DNA of 64,000 nt from Rhynchopus sp. YZ270_cl-10 (lineage: Eukaryota): assembly GCA_964035575.1 (NCBI GenBank), contig OZ037838.1, positions 248,001 to 312,000 of the forward strand. The letters run 5' to 3'. The notes beneath the pieces were generated by a model. It had not been told where the DNA came from and made no database searches. It was given only the letters and a program-made list of their open reading frames with translations. The position numbers and the translations under genes were made by a program. Position 1 is the stretch's first letter, and every line of letters begins with the position of its first letter. Shown here piece after piece: positions 46,417 through 56,105 of this stretch.

Positions 46417-47649
46417 CTAGAGGAAAGAGGAAAAAGATCTGCCAAGCCAACTAGCAGCAGCTTTGATCAGACCAAAGGGCGACATAATCCGTCGTCTTTT
46501 GGGATGACGATCCGTGGGAACAGGGACAGGAGGCGTAGTTTCCGGTATCAGTATATCCTCATCACTGTTGTGTGGGTACAGATGTCTTGTCGCAATGACG
46601 CCATCTCCCCATCTCAAAGTCATAACAACACGTGAACACGGCGATATCGCAAATGCACCTGAACTTTGCGGTATCACATGCACACAGGACATGGTCGCCA
46701 CATCATACTGGTGCAGGTTTGCATTGTAAGCATTATCAGATACCCTTGCCACAAGGTACTTCCCACACGGGGTGAACTGCACAGCGTTGGCACGCCCATC
46801 CACATCAACACTGCGAAGAGCCGCACCACTCCAGTCATAGAGCTGCACGTTGGTATGGCCCTCCACAGCAAAGACAGAGGCAGACCGTGAAAGCGCCAGT
46901 TTACACCACAACTCATGCACACATGCCACAGCAACACCTGTGCTCACATCCCACAGACATACGCCGGCATCTTCGTCGGAGGAGGTGAGCACCCACCCAC
47001 CACACTCCGACACTGCAACACTCCCGCACCTTCTGTGCGAGAGAGAGCGGAGCAACGTCAGGTCTTCGTCATACACAGAGACGCCGTCTCTGCGTCGGGA
47101 AACAACAACACTGCCACACGCGAACACTGCGTTCGAGAAGCAGTCAACTTTGCGGACCACCTCCCCACCCGGAAGCGCAACCTCGAGAAGCCAATCCCCA
47201 CACGCCAAGTAGCAGCGTGTCTTGCACTGCGAGATCGCAGGCGCAGGGACCACTTTAGTGTCCACTTCAAACGAGAAGACAGTGTCGAAGGTTTCTGTGT
47301 CCAAGCCAACAACATTCGCATTATCAACATAGATGCAGAGCGTTCCACAACGCGACAGGGAGATCCTTGCGTACCTCGATGACAACTTTAATTTCTGATC
47401 AGCAGGACACTTGATGTTGGCAAAGCGAGGGCAGGCAAGCACAACCTGCACCCCTGCATCAAACGCAGTGTCCTGCAGACGGCACGTCCCCTCCAGCACC
47501 TGCGTGCCGATGCGCATCTCGACAGACGCAGGCGAGACAGCAAGCGCCGTGCACGCAACCTCCTTTGCCGCTGCAACGTCCGCCTCGCACGGCACCTCCA
47601 CTGTCGCAGTCACGCCTGACTCTTCCAGCACAAAGGTCACATCCATCAT
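46417..47649 (-). CDS. Ubl + beta-propeller protein, copy 7 (C-terminally extended)
   Basis: Same architecture; reads past HLYPHNS into a ~45-aa tail. Confidence 0.85.
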   Translation of the reverse strand: MMDVTFVLEESGVTATVEVPCEADVAAAKEVACTALAVSPASVEMRIGTQVLEGTCRLQDTAFDAGVQVVLACPRFANIKCPADQKLKLSSRYARISLSRCGTLCIYVDNANVVGLDTETFDTVFSFEVDTKVVPAPAISQCKTRCYLACGDWLLEVALPGGEVVRKVDCFSNAVFACGSVVVSRRRDGVSVYDEDLTLLRSLSHRRCGSVAVSECGGWVLTSSDEDAGVCLWDVSTGVAVACVHELWCKLALSRSASVFAVEGHTNVQLYDWSGAALRSVDVDGRANAVQFTPCGKYLVARVSDNAYNANLHQYDVATMSCVHVIPQSSGAFAISPCSRVVMTLRWGDGVIATRHLYPHNSDEDILIPETTPPVPVPTDRHPKRRRIMSPFGLIKAAASWLGRSFSSFL

Positions 47650-48040
47650 ATTGTTAAGGGCTCTGTTGTGTTTGATGTGATGGTTGGTGGTGTCACTTCG
47701 CAACGACAAATAAGAAGGTTGGTGGGTTAAATACGTGTTTCAACAAACTCTGATAAAGAAAGCAATTTGAAGATACCCTGCAAACGCAGGAGATATGAAA
47801 AGAAACCTCGCGGCTTGCCCTTACTGTGGTGTGAACGGGGAGACACATAACCGCTTGTCGACAGGTTTTGTAGTTCCTTTTAACGGCAAGCCACAAGAGC
47901 AGAACAACACACAAACTCTTGAGAAACACACGACAATGAGACCTAGAGTCTCTCTTCTTTCTTGTGAAGTAGACGAACACAAAAACAAAAGCCGAAAAGG
48001 GTTTTTTATTATTTGCTGGGACCCTGGGATATATTTATGA

Positions 48041-49225
48041 TCACCATTCTTCCTCCCCCCCACTTCCCTCCCCTACACTGTCACATTGCTCAATAGAGTA
48101 CGGGTACAGATGCCTTGTCATAATGACGCCATCTGATGGCATAACCACAATAACACGTGAACACGGTGATATCGCAAATGCCCCATTCTCGGTTAGCGGC
48201 ATCTTGCTCACACAGGACATGGTTGCTACATCATACTGGTACAGGTATAGATTGTGCTCGTAGTAATAGCCATCAGGATCATAGGTGTCCTCATCATCCA
48301 TAAATACCGCAACATCTGCCGTCACCACAAGGTACTTCCCACACGGGGTGAACTGCATGCACTCCATATACCCACCCACATCAACACTGCGAAGAGCCGC
48401 ACCACTCCAATCATAGAGCTGCACGGTCTTTCCCTCCCCCACAGCAAAGACAGAGGCAGACCGTGAAAGCGCCACCTCCCAACATCTCTCCGCCCCCGGC
48501 ACACATGCCACAGCAACACCTGTGTTCACATCCCACAGACGTACGTTCTTCTTTTCGGAGGTGATCACCCACCCACCACAGTCAGACACTGCCAATCCCT
48601 TACGATCCTCGTGCGAGAGAGTGCGGAGCAACGTCAGGTCTTCGTCATACACAGAGACGCCGTTTTCAGACCCCGAGACAACGACATTGCCATGCGTCTG
48701 TAATGAACCCAAGAGGCCGTCTACTTTGCGGACCACCTCCCCACCCGGAAGCGCAACTTCGAGAAGACCTTCCGCCCAACATGGCAGGTAGCAGCGTGTC
48801 TTGCACTGCGAGATGGCAGGCCGACCGCATACCTCAATGTCTACTTTGAACGAGAAGACAGTGTCGAAGGTTTCTGTGTCGAAGCCGCCAACATGCCCAC
48901 TCCCGTCACCATACACGCAGAGCGTTCCACAACGCGAGAGTGACACGTTTATTGCTTCCTTCTGCAGGCTGTACTCAGCAGGACACTTAATGTCGGCCAA
49001 GCGAGGGCGGGCAAGCACAACCTGCACCCCTGCATCAAACGCAGTGTCCTGCAGACGGCACGTCCCCTCCAGCACCTGCGTGCCGATGCGCATCTCGACA
49101 GACGCAGGCGAGACAGCAAGCGCCGTGCACGCAACCTCCTTTGCCGCTGCAACGTCCGCCTCGCACGGCACCTCCACTGTCGCAGTCACGCCTGACTCTT
49201 CCAGCACAAAGGTCACATCCATCAT
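48041..49225 (-). CDS. Ubl + beta-propeller protein, copy 8
   Basis: Same architecture. Confidence 0.85.
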   Translation of the reverse strand: MMDVTFVLEESGVTATVEVPCEADVAAAKEVACTALAVSPASVEMRIGTQVLEGTCRLQDTAFDAGVQVVLARPRLADIKCPAEYSLQKEAINVSLSRCGTLCVYGDGSGHVGGFDTETFDTVFSFKVDIEVCGRPAISQCKTRCYLPCWAEGLLEVALPGGEVVRKVDGLLGSLQTHGNVVVSGSENGVSVYDEDLTLLRTLSHEDRKGLAVSDCGGWVITSEKKNVRLWDVNTGVAVACVPGAERCWEVALSRSASVFAVGEGKTVQLYDWSGAALRSVDVGGYMECMQFTPCGKYLVVTADVAVFMDDEDTYDPDGYYYEHNLYLYQYDVATMSCVSKMPLTENGAFAISPCSRVIVVMPSDGVIMTRHLYPYSIEQCDSVGEGSGGEEEW

Positions 49226-49465
49226 ATTGTTAAGGGCTCTGTTGTGTTTGATGTGATGGTGGGTGGCGTCACTTCACAACAACAACAAAAATTACAGCAT
49301 CCCCCAAAAAGAGAAGTTGAAAGTGCAAACGCCTCACCGTTCATCGGCGGACTGCAGGCACTAGTTGTGGAGGGAGGAAAGGGGTCGTAATAAAACCCCC
49401 TGGAGGGTCCCTGCTCCAGGATGCCCAGGGTTCTCAGGAAATTACGGGAAATTTTGGGGCGTTTA

Positions 49466-51346
49466 AAAATCTTAACGTACACTCTCTGTTGATTCTAAAA
49501 CGGGGGAGGGTAAAAAAGGCGTGAAAGGTAAATTGGGGAAGAGGTTGAAAAGTTGGAACGCTTCCTCACCCCAGATCACACTACAATACAAAGGTTTGGG
49601 TTTGAATAGGGTGGGTTCTTCTGACGATGAAACCTACTCCCTTCTAAACTTTCTTTCTTTTTTTTTTTTTTTTTTTGAAAAATAAATAAAACTCCTCTCG
49701 AAATTGTTCAAGATTGAACTGAGAGAAAGAAGAAACCCCAAACCCTCCCAGACCAAACGGTCTAACCTGTTGTATTGACATAGTGTGGGGAGAATGAGGA
49801 GCACAAGAATCGTCTTCGCGCATACTAAAAGATTTCCTACGATATGTCACAAGTGTCATGTCACCGAAAAATCTTAACGTACACTCTCTGTTGATTCTAA
49901 AACGGGGGAGGGTAAAAAAGGCGTGAAAGGTAAATTGGGGAAGAGGTTGAAAAGTTGGAACGCTTCCTCACCCCAGATCACACCCAGGACCCTTGGGACC
50001 CTCAAGGGACGCTACGCGAAAAAACTTCTTCAGCGAAACGGGATGATCCATCCAGGAGCGCGGGAGGAGCTCTGGCCCGAAATTGTTCTGTGTGGCTGCA
50101 AATAAATAGAGTAACTGCGTAACTGTCTCCTACGATGCAGGGATTGAGATAAAAATGATATATGATGGCCCGAAGTCTCGCGTGCTTCGTCACTTTCCTT
50201 AGATACGTTCTTGCAACGCAGCAGCTGCGTAGGATACCACAAAGGCATTGTTCCGATGATGAAAATCCCCCAACAGTAATTTAGGCACGCACGTTGTAGT
50301 GTTCACGTAATGAGCATGGTGTAGACCGGGTGCGTGAGAGATTGGACGATGGTCGTATTCACGAGTCTGGGTGAGGCAAAAGGATCGGCCCTGCAAAACA
50401 AGTGAACTTCTAACGGTCACCAGTTGTCTCTCTTGGAAAACAACAGTCCAGGTTGCCTCAACATCGCTAGCTGTGGTTTAGAAGCTTGCCTATATTTTGC
50501 AATCGGCGTCGAGTAATCGCTGTCGTGCGTCGGAAATCGCTTCGTCTACTATTTCGATGTTCCTGCACAACGGAGCGGAGGCTCTCTCTCTCGACTTCTT
50601 GTTGCTGCCTGCTCATCTTTGGTGTTGTACAGTGTCGGGGCACTCCGCGAAAACGCCAGCTTCGACATCTACTACGATGCATGACGTTATTCCTGGTGTG
50701 GACTTGCGATTTCGTGTCCATGAAAATGAGGCTGTACAAGGTCACCCCACGCGTTGTACCCTCTGATTTCGTCAGTTTTGTCGAACTTGGTCGCTTGCTC
50801 CCAAGGAAGCTTGTTGTATGCCCGCACGTAGTATTTCCACGTGTCATCTCCCATCACGAGGGCCGGCTGAATCGGTAACGCCCGTGTTTCTGAGAAGTGA
50901 AACTGCCCAGGTGTTCTCTGCAGCATCAACGTCCATTGTTCTTTGTTCTGTTGTCTTCCACCTCACCATGCGTGTCAATCTTCAGGGCTTCAGCAATGGA
51001 AACCTCTCTCGGAGGGCTTACAGTAAACTTTGCTGAGTACTTCACCTCTTAAACGAGAACCCTCAAAAGTTGCCTACTCCGGAGGACTTCGGTCGACAAA
51101 AGGTTTCCTCATCTTGAGGACTGCCGAATAGTGGCCTCCTCTAGGGGATTTCAGTCAAACAAAATACAGCATCGGCAGTAAGGTCACCACAAGTAAGTAC
51201 TCCGCATTTCATGTAAACGAACTTGTATCCTCACGGGAAAGTCCTCGAAGGCGTCGGTCGTGGTCGCGAGCAGGTTGACGTCTCTCTGAAGCAGGTGGGC
51301 TTCTGTGGAGCTGTTGCTGCTGATATGTCACAAGTGTCATGTCACC
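49466..51346. mobile_element. Two tandem copies of a TIR-less element (left end 'TCTTAACGTACAC...CAGATCACAC', right end '...GTCACAAGTGTCATGTCACCG'), with different internal sequence
   Basis: Left module at 29811, 49466, 49868 and 63497; right module ends at ~11201, ~29810, ~49866 and ~51346. Ends abut A-runs. Confidence 0.55.
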
Positions 51347-51580
51347 GAAAAAATAAATATGAAAACTTCTCTTGTTTTGTAACTGTGAAGAAATGGGTAA
51401 GTGGATGTGGTTGGTGCCCGTGCACCTCAGACGAGGTGAAAGGGGAAGACCAAACAACTGAAAGGAAAAGCAAAACTGGAAAAAGAGAAAAGAGAAACAC
51501 ATTGAATCACGCAAACAAACACAAAGAACTCCAAACCCAAGGCACATGCCGCCGTCTCATGTTCACGTTCACGTTCACGG

Positions 51581-52105
51581 TCACGCCACCTCAACCTCAG
51601 GTGTGGGTGCTGCTGCTGCTGTGCTCTTCGTCATCCGCAGGGTCTGCACGTGCTCGTGGTGTGAGGACAGCCTCGCCAGACGCTGTGCACGCATGTCCGC
51701 ACGACGTGCATCTGCACCTGCGTGTCTTGCAAGCATGCGGTCACGTGCCGCCTTCGTGCTCGGACGGTGCGCCTGCTTCACACGCTCGTGGTGTGCACCC
51801 ACACGCGACAGCACAGCACTGCGCCTCTCCTCACGACGGATCTCCGCACCACACATCCGCTCCTGGTCCAGCACATTCCGCAGGCACGTCTCATCCCTCC
51901 GCCTCACCTGCTTCACACGCTCGTGGTGTGCTGCCACACGTGCAACCACCGTGCTCTGTGCTGCCGCCCTCCGCTCCACAGCAGCACGCCTCCGCGTGTC
52001 CGCACCCTCACGCGACACAAACCGCCCGTTGATGTTCCGCGGCTCCCACGCAGACGCAGTCATCCCTCCCTCAATCACAGTCACCGCAGAGGCAGACGAC
52101 GGCAT
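51581..52105 (-). CDS. Stathmin-like protein, copy C
   Basis: Near-identical to copies A and B; the downstream cassette is truncated at ~51371. Confidence 0.65.
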   Translation of the reverse strand: MPSSASAVTVIEGGMTASAWEPRNINGRFVSREGADTRRRAAVERRAAAQSTVVARVAAHHERVKQVRRRDETCLRNVLDQERMCGAEIRREERRSAVLSRVGAHHERVKQAHRPSTKAARDRMLARHAGADARRADMRAQRLARLSSHHEHVQTLRMTKSTAAAAPTPEVEVA

Positions 52106-53277
52106 GTTGATGATGTCTTAACAAGTGTCAAATGTGCAACTGGATGTGGTGTGTGGTGTGTGGTGGTACCAACTACTCCATAAACGCTGTGCAATGAAAT
52201 CTAAACGCCCCTTTTTTTTATGTATCTATCTTGTGACCTTGCTTTCTTAAGAACACTGTTGGGTCTGAACCTGAACCGCTCAAGACCACCCACGATGTGG
52301 CACAACACTTGAACAAAATGGGAAAAATAAATTTAAAGAATTCTATATCTACGACAGGGGTCTTGGAGGGTAAAGAAGGCGTGGGGAGTGAAAGACTGCA
52401 AAGGCTTCCCAGCAGACGTGGGTTCTTTGTCTACTAGAGACTTAAGCAAAAGTTGCAACGAAAGCACAATGAATGGAAGACAAACAAACCGGCTCGACAC
52501 ACCTCCTGCTGAAGCAGGGGTGTGTACTGCATTGCATATCAACCAGATACTGCAAATTTCATAGCAATCTTAACGCACAGAAGAGTAGGAAAGAAAAGTT
52601 GAAAGTGCAAACACCTCACCGTTCATCGGCGGACTATAGATTATAAGGCACTGTTTAAAAAAAAAGTATTTTCATTCAAAAAAAAATAAAAAAGAGAGAG
52701 CGTAAGACGTTACCGCCGCATGCCTCACTCTTACTACTCTATGAACGTCGATCGCAGCTATACAACACTTTTACTTGAGGACATTTTCTTGAACGTTTGT
52801 TTGTTTTTGTTTGTTTGTTTGCTGTTGTGACCATACCCTTGGTGGGTGAAGAAGACTAAAATCCTCAACAGGTCGAAGCACTTCTTTGTACTACAGAAGG
52901 CACAGACAGAGCTCGCCCTCAACCTTTTTAGAACAACAAACAGCACGAACAAACCTTTGAGTAGTCCTCACGCGCCCTTCTTTCTTTTTTTTTTTGTTAA
53001 CAAATCTAGCGGGAGAGGGCGGAATGGGAAAAGGGAAACAAAATGATTAGACCAGGTTATACCAGGTTTCCTGCATCACATATATTGCTCAACAAGGGGG
53101 TTAAATAGAAAAAAAGTGGTAAACAAAAATCGTTGGTTCTCCCTGCATTGCTTTTATCTTTTGTTTTTTTTTCCCCCCGAAAAAAGTACTGTAGTTTGGT
53201 CGCTCAAAGGGGGGGAGGAGGGGAGGTTTTAAAAGGGAATCTACAATATTTCCCACCCCATCTCTCCACTCGTGCCT

Positions 53278-53316
<39 letters not shown>

Positions 53317-53720
53317 ACACGCTTTAGCGGAGCAGCTTCGCTGCGTGTTGGGAGATCTTTGATAGAGACTACCGTCCTTTTGATTTGACATGGCACGCAC
53401 ACTGCTATTTGGCAGAATATTTATTTGATTTTCCTCAGGCTTTGTCCTGGTTGGCCGGGGTCCGTTTATGTTTCAGTCTCTACCCTCACCAAATCACCAC
53501 ACCATCTTCATCAGATTTTTTGTTGGAATTTGTTTTGGGTTGTTTCGGCTTCCACATTCGCCCCCCTCATCTTTTTGTTCCCCCACACACGATTCTTCGC
53601 TTCGCATCCATCTTCTCGTCCCCTTCCAAGCCACCTAGACGTCTCGGTAGTGTGCAGCCTGCTGGGACATATACACCACCTTCGACTCCGCCTTCTCCAC
53701 CCAGTGCACCCCTCGACGCT

Positions 53721-54974
53721 ATGGCCACAGCACACATCACCGATTGTGCTACGCTGTTGGCGGCGTTCGAGGCGCAGACGACGAGCCAGCACGACTGGTC
53801 GCCTCCGGATGCGGCCCTGCGTGCGCTGGGCGTGGAAGAGGGCTCCCCTGCGCTGGTGGGACGCAAGATCCAGTTCGCGGATCTGGCGCGGACGATGCGG
53901 GCCCTGGATAAGGAAGTCGCCCGCCACACCGGCGTCCAGGGGCCAGGGCAGGTGACGCGGTTGGCGATTGTGTCCGCCATCCTCGTCCTCCTCAAGGCGG
54001 AGGTGACGGAGGCGAACAGCGCGATGTTCTCAGAGGGCCAGCGCATGTCCCTCACGCGCCTGGTCGGCACCCTCACGGTGCTGTCCACGGTGCTGGGGGA
54101 CCCCGAGACCCGGTCCCGCCTCAGCGGTTCCCGCCCCCCCGCCACCACCGCCGAGACGCCGGTTTTGCCTCAACGTGAGGACAGCCCGGAGGCGTCCATC
54201 CCGCGCGAGCAGCAGCCGCAGCAGCCGCAGCAGACGCAGCCGGCGGCGGACAACGCGCGGATCGCGCAGCTGGAGGCTGCGATGATGGAGTTGGCGGCAG
54301 CGAAGCGGGAGGGGGACGCGCGGCACGAGCTCCTGTGCCAGCAGCTCAACGCGGTCAGGGACGGTGGTGCGCCTCCTCCGGCAGCTGCAGCATCGGACTT
54401 CCTGGCGCAGTTACGGGCGGCGATCGGCACCGGGGCAGCGGCGCCTATGCAGGTGGAACAGCCGGTTATGGGGACGGACGTGGACGTGGTGGCACGCAAC
54501 CCGAGACACTGGGTGGATTTTTGCGCCGACGCCGACCACTGCGCCGACGCTCTGGTGCAGGCCCTGAAGAGGCGCCTGCCTACCGAGGCCGGCGACGCGC
54601 AGGACGGGGCCCGCTTCGCCGTTGATGTGGTGGGTCTGTTGCTGCAGCAAGCTCCCTTGGAGGCGGTGCTGAGAAAGCTCGATGACAGTATCTCCTTCTG
54701 GCAGTTGAGGGCGAGTTGTGGGAGGTCGGGTGCGGTCGCCTTCCGCGACAAGGTCTGGACGGCGGATGTCGTGCCGAAGGACCGGCAGGCGGCGGTGGCG
54801 GCGGCGCACGCAGCAGGGCGTGGTGCGAAGTCCGGGCACGGGGGTGGCCGGGCCGGGCAGGCGTACGGGGGTGGCAACGGGGGGGGCCAGGCCGCGCAGC
54901 CGTACGCGCCGGGAAACGGTGGTGGCAGAGGCCGAGGCGGGGGAGGGCATTGGCGCGGTGGTCAACGCAAGTGA
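53721..54974 (+). CDS. Retrotransposon ORF1 (gag-like, 417 aa)
   Basis: First ORF after repeat A1, from the ATG at 53721. Helical/coiled-coil region and RGG-rich C-terminus. Gag role inferred from position. Confidence 0.7.
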   Translation: MATAHITDCATLLAAFEAQTTSQHDWSPPDAALRALGVEEGSPALVGRKIQFADLARTMRALDKEVARHTGVQGPGQVTRLAIVSAILVLLKAEVTEANSAMFSEGQRMSLTRLVGTLTVLSTVLGDPETRSRLSGSRPPATTAETPVLPQREDSPEASIPREQQPQQPQQTQPAADNARIAQLEAAMMELAAAKREGDARHELLCQQLNAVRDGGAPPPAAAASDFLAQLRAAIGTGAAAPMQVEQPVMGTDVDVVARNPRHWVDFCADADHCADALVQALKRRLPTEAGDAQDGARFAVDVVGLLLQQAPLEAVLRKLDDSISFWQLRASCGRSGAVAFRDKVWTADVVPKDRQAAVAAAHAAGRGAKSGHGGGRAGQAYGGGNGGGQAAQPYAPGNGGGRGRGGGGHWRGGQRK

Positions 54975-55109
54975 CGAGAGCAGGCGGTAGCGCGCGTTAC
55001 GCTCTCCCTCCCACCACCCTCCCCCCCCTCTCCCCCCCCTCTTGTTTTTTCTTCCCCCCCCCCACGGCCCTCCCCGCCAAAACACACATCCGCCGAGTTT
55101 TCTTCCGAA

Positions 55110-56105
55110 ATGCTGCTTCAGGCTTTGCACAAGCCGAAGAAGGGTCTCGGGGTGGCGAGGAGGAAGGAGGTGGACGACTGCGTGTTCCGCCTCCGCGACG
55201 GCAAGCAGGCCGCGCGCGCTTTGGCCCATCTTGTCCCGTGGGACCAAGCGCACACTTTCGACGTGGGGCCCCGAGCAGCAGGCACCCGCGACTGGCTGCT
55301 CCGAGCGTTCCGGCAGTTCGCCGAAGGGGAGACCGAGACCACGCCTCCCGACCAGACGTTGATTCGGTTCGTCTGGGGTCGCCTGCGCGGAGCGTCGCCC
55401 CTCTCCGTGGCCGACTACTGCGGGCGGCTGCTGAAGGCACTGGCGGCCGAGGGGGAGACGGGATACCGCACGCGCCGGGTGCTGGCGGTGAAGCGCGCGC
55501 TGACGCGTTTCGGGACGTTGCTGAGGCCGAGTCAGGCGCCGCCGGTAGACGTGGACGCGGTGATGGACGTGGTCGAGGCTTTCGGTCGCGAGGGGGCCGA
55601 GCGCGAACGGGCGTTTGTGGCCTTGGTGTGGATGGCACGGGCGCGTATGGCGGACGCACGATACCTGCTGGTGCGCGACCTGGTGGAGGTGACCGACGAG
55701 GGCGCGACGGGGCTGGAAGTCGCCCTGAAGGAGAAGCAGCAGAAGAGCTGGACACCCGTGGTGTATTTGCCACCCGGGACGCTTACCCAATACGTGGTGG
55801 AATGGGCACGCGCGCGTCGCTTGGCGGAAGGACAGGACGCGCCGTTGTTTGCAGTGACCGAGACGCAGTACCAGCGCCTCATGCGTCGGGTGGTGGGGGC
55901 TCTGCCGGCAGGGTCCTGGGCGCACTCGCTTCGCAGGGGGTCAGCGCAGGCCCTGCAATCCTGGGGGATGAGCGTGGACGGACTGAGGGACGCGCTGCGC
56001 CACGCGTCATCCAGAACGACGGTGCGTTACCTCATGCGTACGGCGCCCGAGGCTCGCAGGAAGGCACGCTCGACGCTGGACGTCCTGCAGGAGCGGCCGC
56101 TGTAG
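55110..56105 (+). CDS. Tyrosine recombinase
   Basis: Catalytic set: R (ARMAD), K (LKEK), HSLR, LRH and Y (TTVRY). Confidence 0.92.
   Translation: MLLQALHKPKKGLGVARRKEVDDCVFRLRDGKQAARALAHLVPWDQAHTFDVGPRAAGTRDWLLRAFRQFAEGETETTPPDQTLIRFVWGRLRGASPLSVADYCGRLLKALAAEGETGYRTRRVLAVKRALTRFGTLLRPSQAPPVDVDAVMDVVEAFGREGAERERAFVALVWMARARMADARYLLVRDLVEVTDEGATGLEVALKEKQQKSWTPVVYLPPGTLTQYVVEWARARRLAEGQDAPLFAVTETQYQRLMRRVVGALPAGSWAHSLRRGSAQALQSWGMSVDGLRDALRHASSRTTVRYLMRTAPEARRKARSTLDVLQERPL

Noticed and set aside
54716..55801. Treating the whole 1031-aa ORF as a TTG-initiated protein
   Set aside because: Non-ATG start, and the G/R/A-rich N-terminal part is the off-frame reading of gag/YR. Kept only as a frameshift hypothesis.
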